A DNA stretch of 63,873 nt, counting the filler, from Basidiobolus ranarum (taxonomy: Eukaryota): assembly GCA_040143965.1 (NCBI GenBank). It is 24 parts of 24 records of this genome, joined end to end, with 100 filler letters (N's around TTAATTAATTAA, not from the genome) between each part and the next. Parts side by side here need not be neighbours in the genome. Positions count along the whole stretch, not along the records: positions 61,319 to 63,873 come from JASJQH010010085.1; 23 more parts are not named here. One strand, given 5' to 3'. Below the pieces are notes generated by a model. That model saw only the letters and a list, made by a program, of their open reading frames with translations. It had not been told where the DNA came from and did not search any database. The translations under genes and the position numbers were made by a program. Below, in pieces: positions 61,794 through 63,873 of this stretch; the first letter of the stretch is position 1; each line of letters begins with the position of its first letter.

Positions 61794-63873
61794 TTTTACG
61801 TAGAAAGTTTTGACGATATATTTCATCGAAGCGAAAAGGAATATTTATATGATTTCAATGTCCTTATCATGTAAAAACTAATTTGGGAATTATCTTCACA
61901 CCCTGGTTGGTAGAAGAATTTGTCAACTTAAGAATTCTGGAATGATATTTAACACGAGCGTTGCGTACTCAAGTTATCACCAAATTGAAATGAAATTTGA
62001 ACAAATTACTACCCATTTTCAGATAGGTAGGAATAGAATAGAGTTGGTTGACAACTTAGCAAATGAAGTTACTCTAACCCACGTTACCTTCATCAATTAA
62101 GCAAAGGTATTTGGAAGATAAGGATTCTACTTTGGATTTTGACAGTTATGTACTACTTTAGGACAATCAAATCGGCACGATCAGAAACCAACTGATATTG
62201 TAAAAATAGAACATATCCACATGTATCTGATTAATGCCGAATGCCATAATGCTGAATACTGAGTGCCGAATGCCATATATACTATATTCCACACACTACC
62301 AACCTAGACGCTCATGTATCCTTGCATTTTCTGAAGTTATCAAGGAGTGGCTGGTACGACGTAGACTAGATCGAAGTAGATCGATTCAGATATTCTGCCT
62401 TCATAATTCGATCACTCGATCTCCATAAATCTAATAATAGCAGTACTAAAATAACTTTTCTCACCTGGACCGTATATGGCAAAATCTCTTCGCCCCTGCT
62501 GACAAAGTTGGAGTTACAAACTCCTAACGAGTCATCTGAAGATCTTGCTGCCATCACTGTGTTCAATAAGGTTTCTCTCCAGTCCAGCAATGGTGATAGT
62601 CAACTACCAAAGTCAGTGGTAACCTGATGAGTTCAAAGCTAAGGCAGAGAAAAATCAGTGCAAATCGTTAGTGTAAGTCATGGTATGATTGCCTAATCAT
62701 ACACATTCGATGCGTTCGAAGATGGGATCGTGGGCTTGTGCAACATTATTCGTAGTAACAGCGGTCATGAATATATGGCAAATGTGAATAATAACATACT
62801 CATATCTGCTCTCTGCTCAGATGTGGAGAATGGGAGAGATACTTGAACTTGTATAATATTCTCTATATCGTATATCTGTATGTTTAAATCACATACACAT
62901 ATATGTTTTCTGTATCTTATATCGGTATGCTTTAATCACATATACAATTCAGTCTGAATTACTGTGAAATATTTCACTGATAGAGTCACTAATAGGGTTG
63001 AATTAATATAGACACAAGCATAAGTAAATGCTCATACATCGATAATCCAAATCCTGCTTAGTCTTTGGATTGGAAGAAAAGTTGAAATCTTTGTTCAGTG
63101 TGCAGTATAGCCGCTATTCCGTATCATATTTTTGTAGTGATCCTCGTTAAGATTGTTGACCATCGCTTAGAAAACTTGATACATATTACATAGCATACCT
63201 AGCATAGCATAGGACAGGAAGGTATGTGTTACAAATTGAATCCTGAAGAAGATAGAAATGAGTTTTAATTACATGAATAAACCAAAATTCGGGATGAACT
63301 GAGAGTTTATTGAAATTGTAGAGTGAATGGATTTGCTACAATATATACTATCTCAATTTGAATAATAGCAATTGAACAAATCTAGTTAGTATTTGCATAT
63401 TCCAGATTAATACTGTGTACATTTAGTCAGTGGTTTTATAAACTCAATGATTGATAGCTAAGAGTGTGAAGTTAATTGATATATATATGCATCAAATCTG
63501 GTTAATCATATACGTACGTGGATTAAATTGAAAACAAACGATCCATAGTATTTAGGGTTAGGGTTACAGGATTATGCCATAATTGATCGTTAAAAAATGC
63601 CAGAGTCGTTCACTGCTTAACACCATCTTTATTGTTACTATTGTCAAAGTTTTGCAGTCATTAATAAATTTAGAACATTTACAGGAAGTAAGATGCTACT
63701 CATTCAATGACCCCGTGACCTATCTCCATAAGATCTTCAAATATTCCATCCAGAACCGATACGTTAGTTTATTCATATTCTGATTATTTAGTACTCAATT
63801 CTGTCATTCAAAAACATGTGTTCATTGCTCTAATTGATAGAAATATCAATTGGATCACTTTTACCAATTTTCA

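Noticed and set aside
63552-63566. TTAGGGTTAGGGTTA telomere-like motif
   Set aside because: Only about 2.5 units, internal to the contig; compatible with chance.

Overview
This window is not one locus. It is 24 short contigs (about 2.55-2.58 kb each, in descending length) joined by artificial 100-nt spacers (44 N + TTAATTAATTAA + 44 N), so adjacency across spacers means nothing. The DNA is eukaryotic and AT-rich, with short GT-AG introns, eukaryotic tRNAs and fungal-type genes. An early-diverging fungus is my inference. Host genes: partial P4-ATPase flippase, partial P5B-ATPase, tRNA-Lys(CTT), tRNA-Ala(AGC), an F-box protein, a nucleoredoxin-like protein, two related secreted Cys-rich proteins and a Ser-rich ORF. 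Most of the rest is decayed, CpG-depleted, nested transposon DNA. It comprises one abundant CACTA/EnSpm-like family (transposase plus a divergent unknown ORF, ends CCCTAACA...TGTTAGG), several Ty1/copia elements and five LTR families. Best leads: (1) an intronless, virus/linear-plasmid-like cassette with a protein-primed family-B DNA polymerase followed by a two-TM channel-like ORF (48140-50459); (2) an 84-bp tandem array that looks like a former 28-aa coding repeat, with diverged homologous units on another contig; (3) a pseudogenised atromentin/quinone-synthetase-type thioesterase fragment. All family assignments come from motif recognition by eye; no searches were run.
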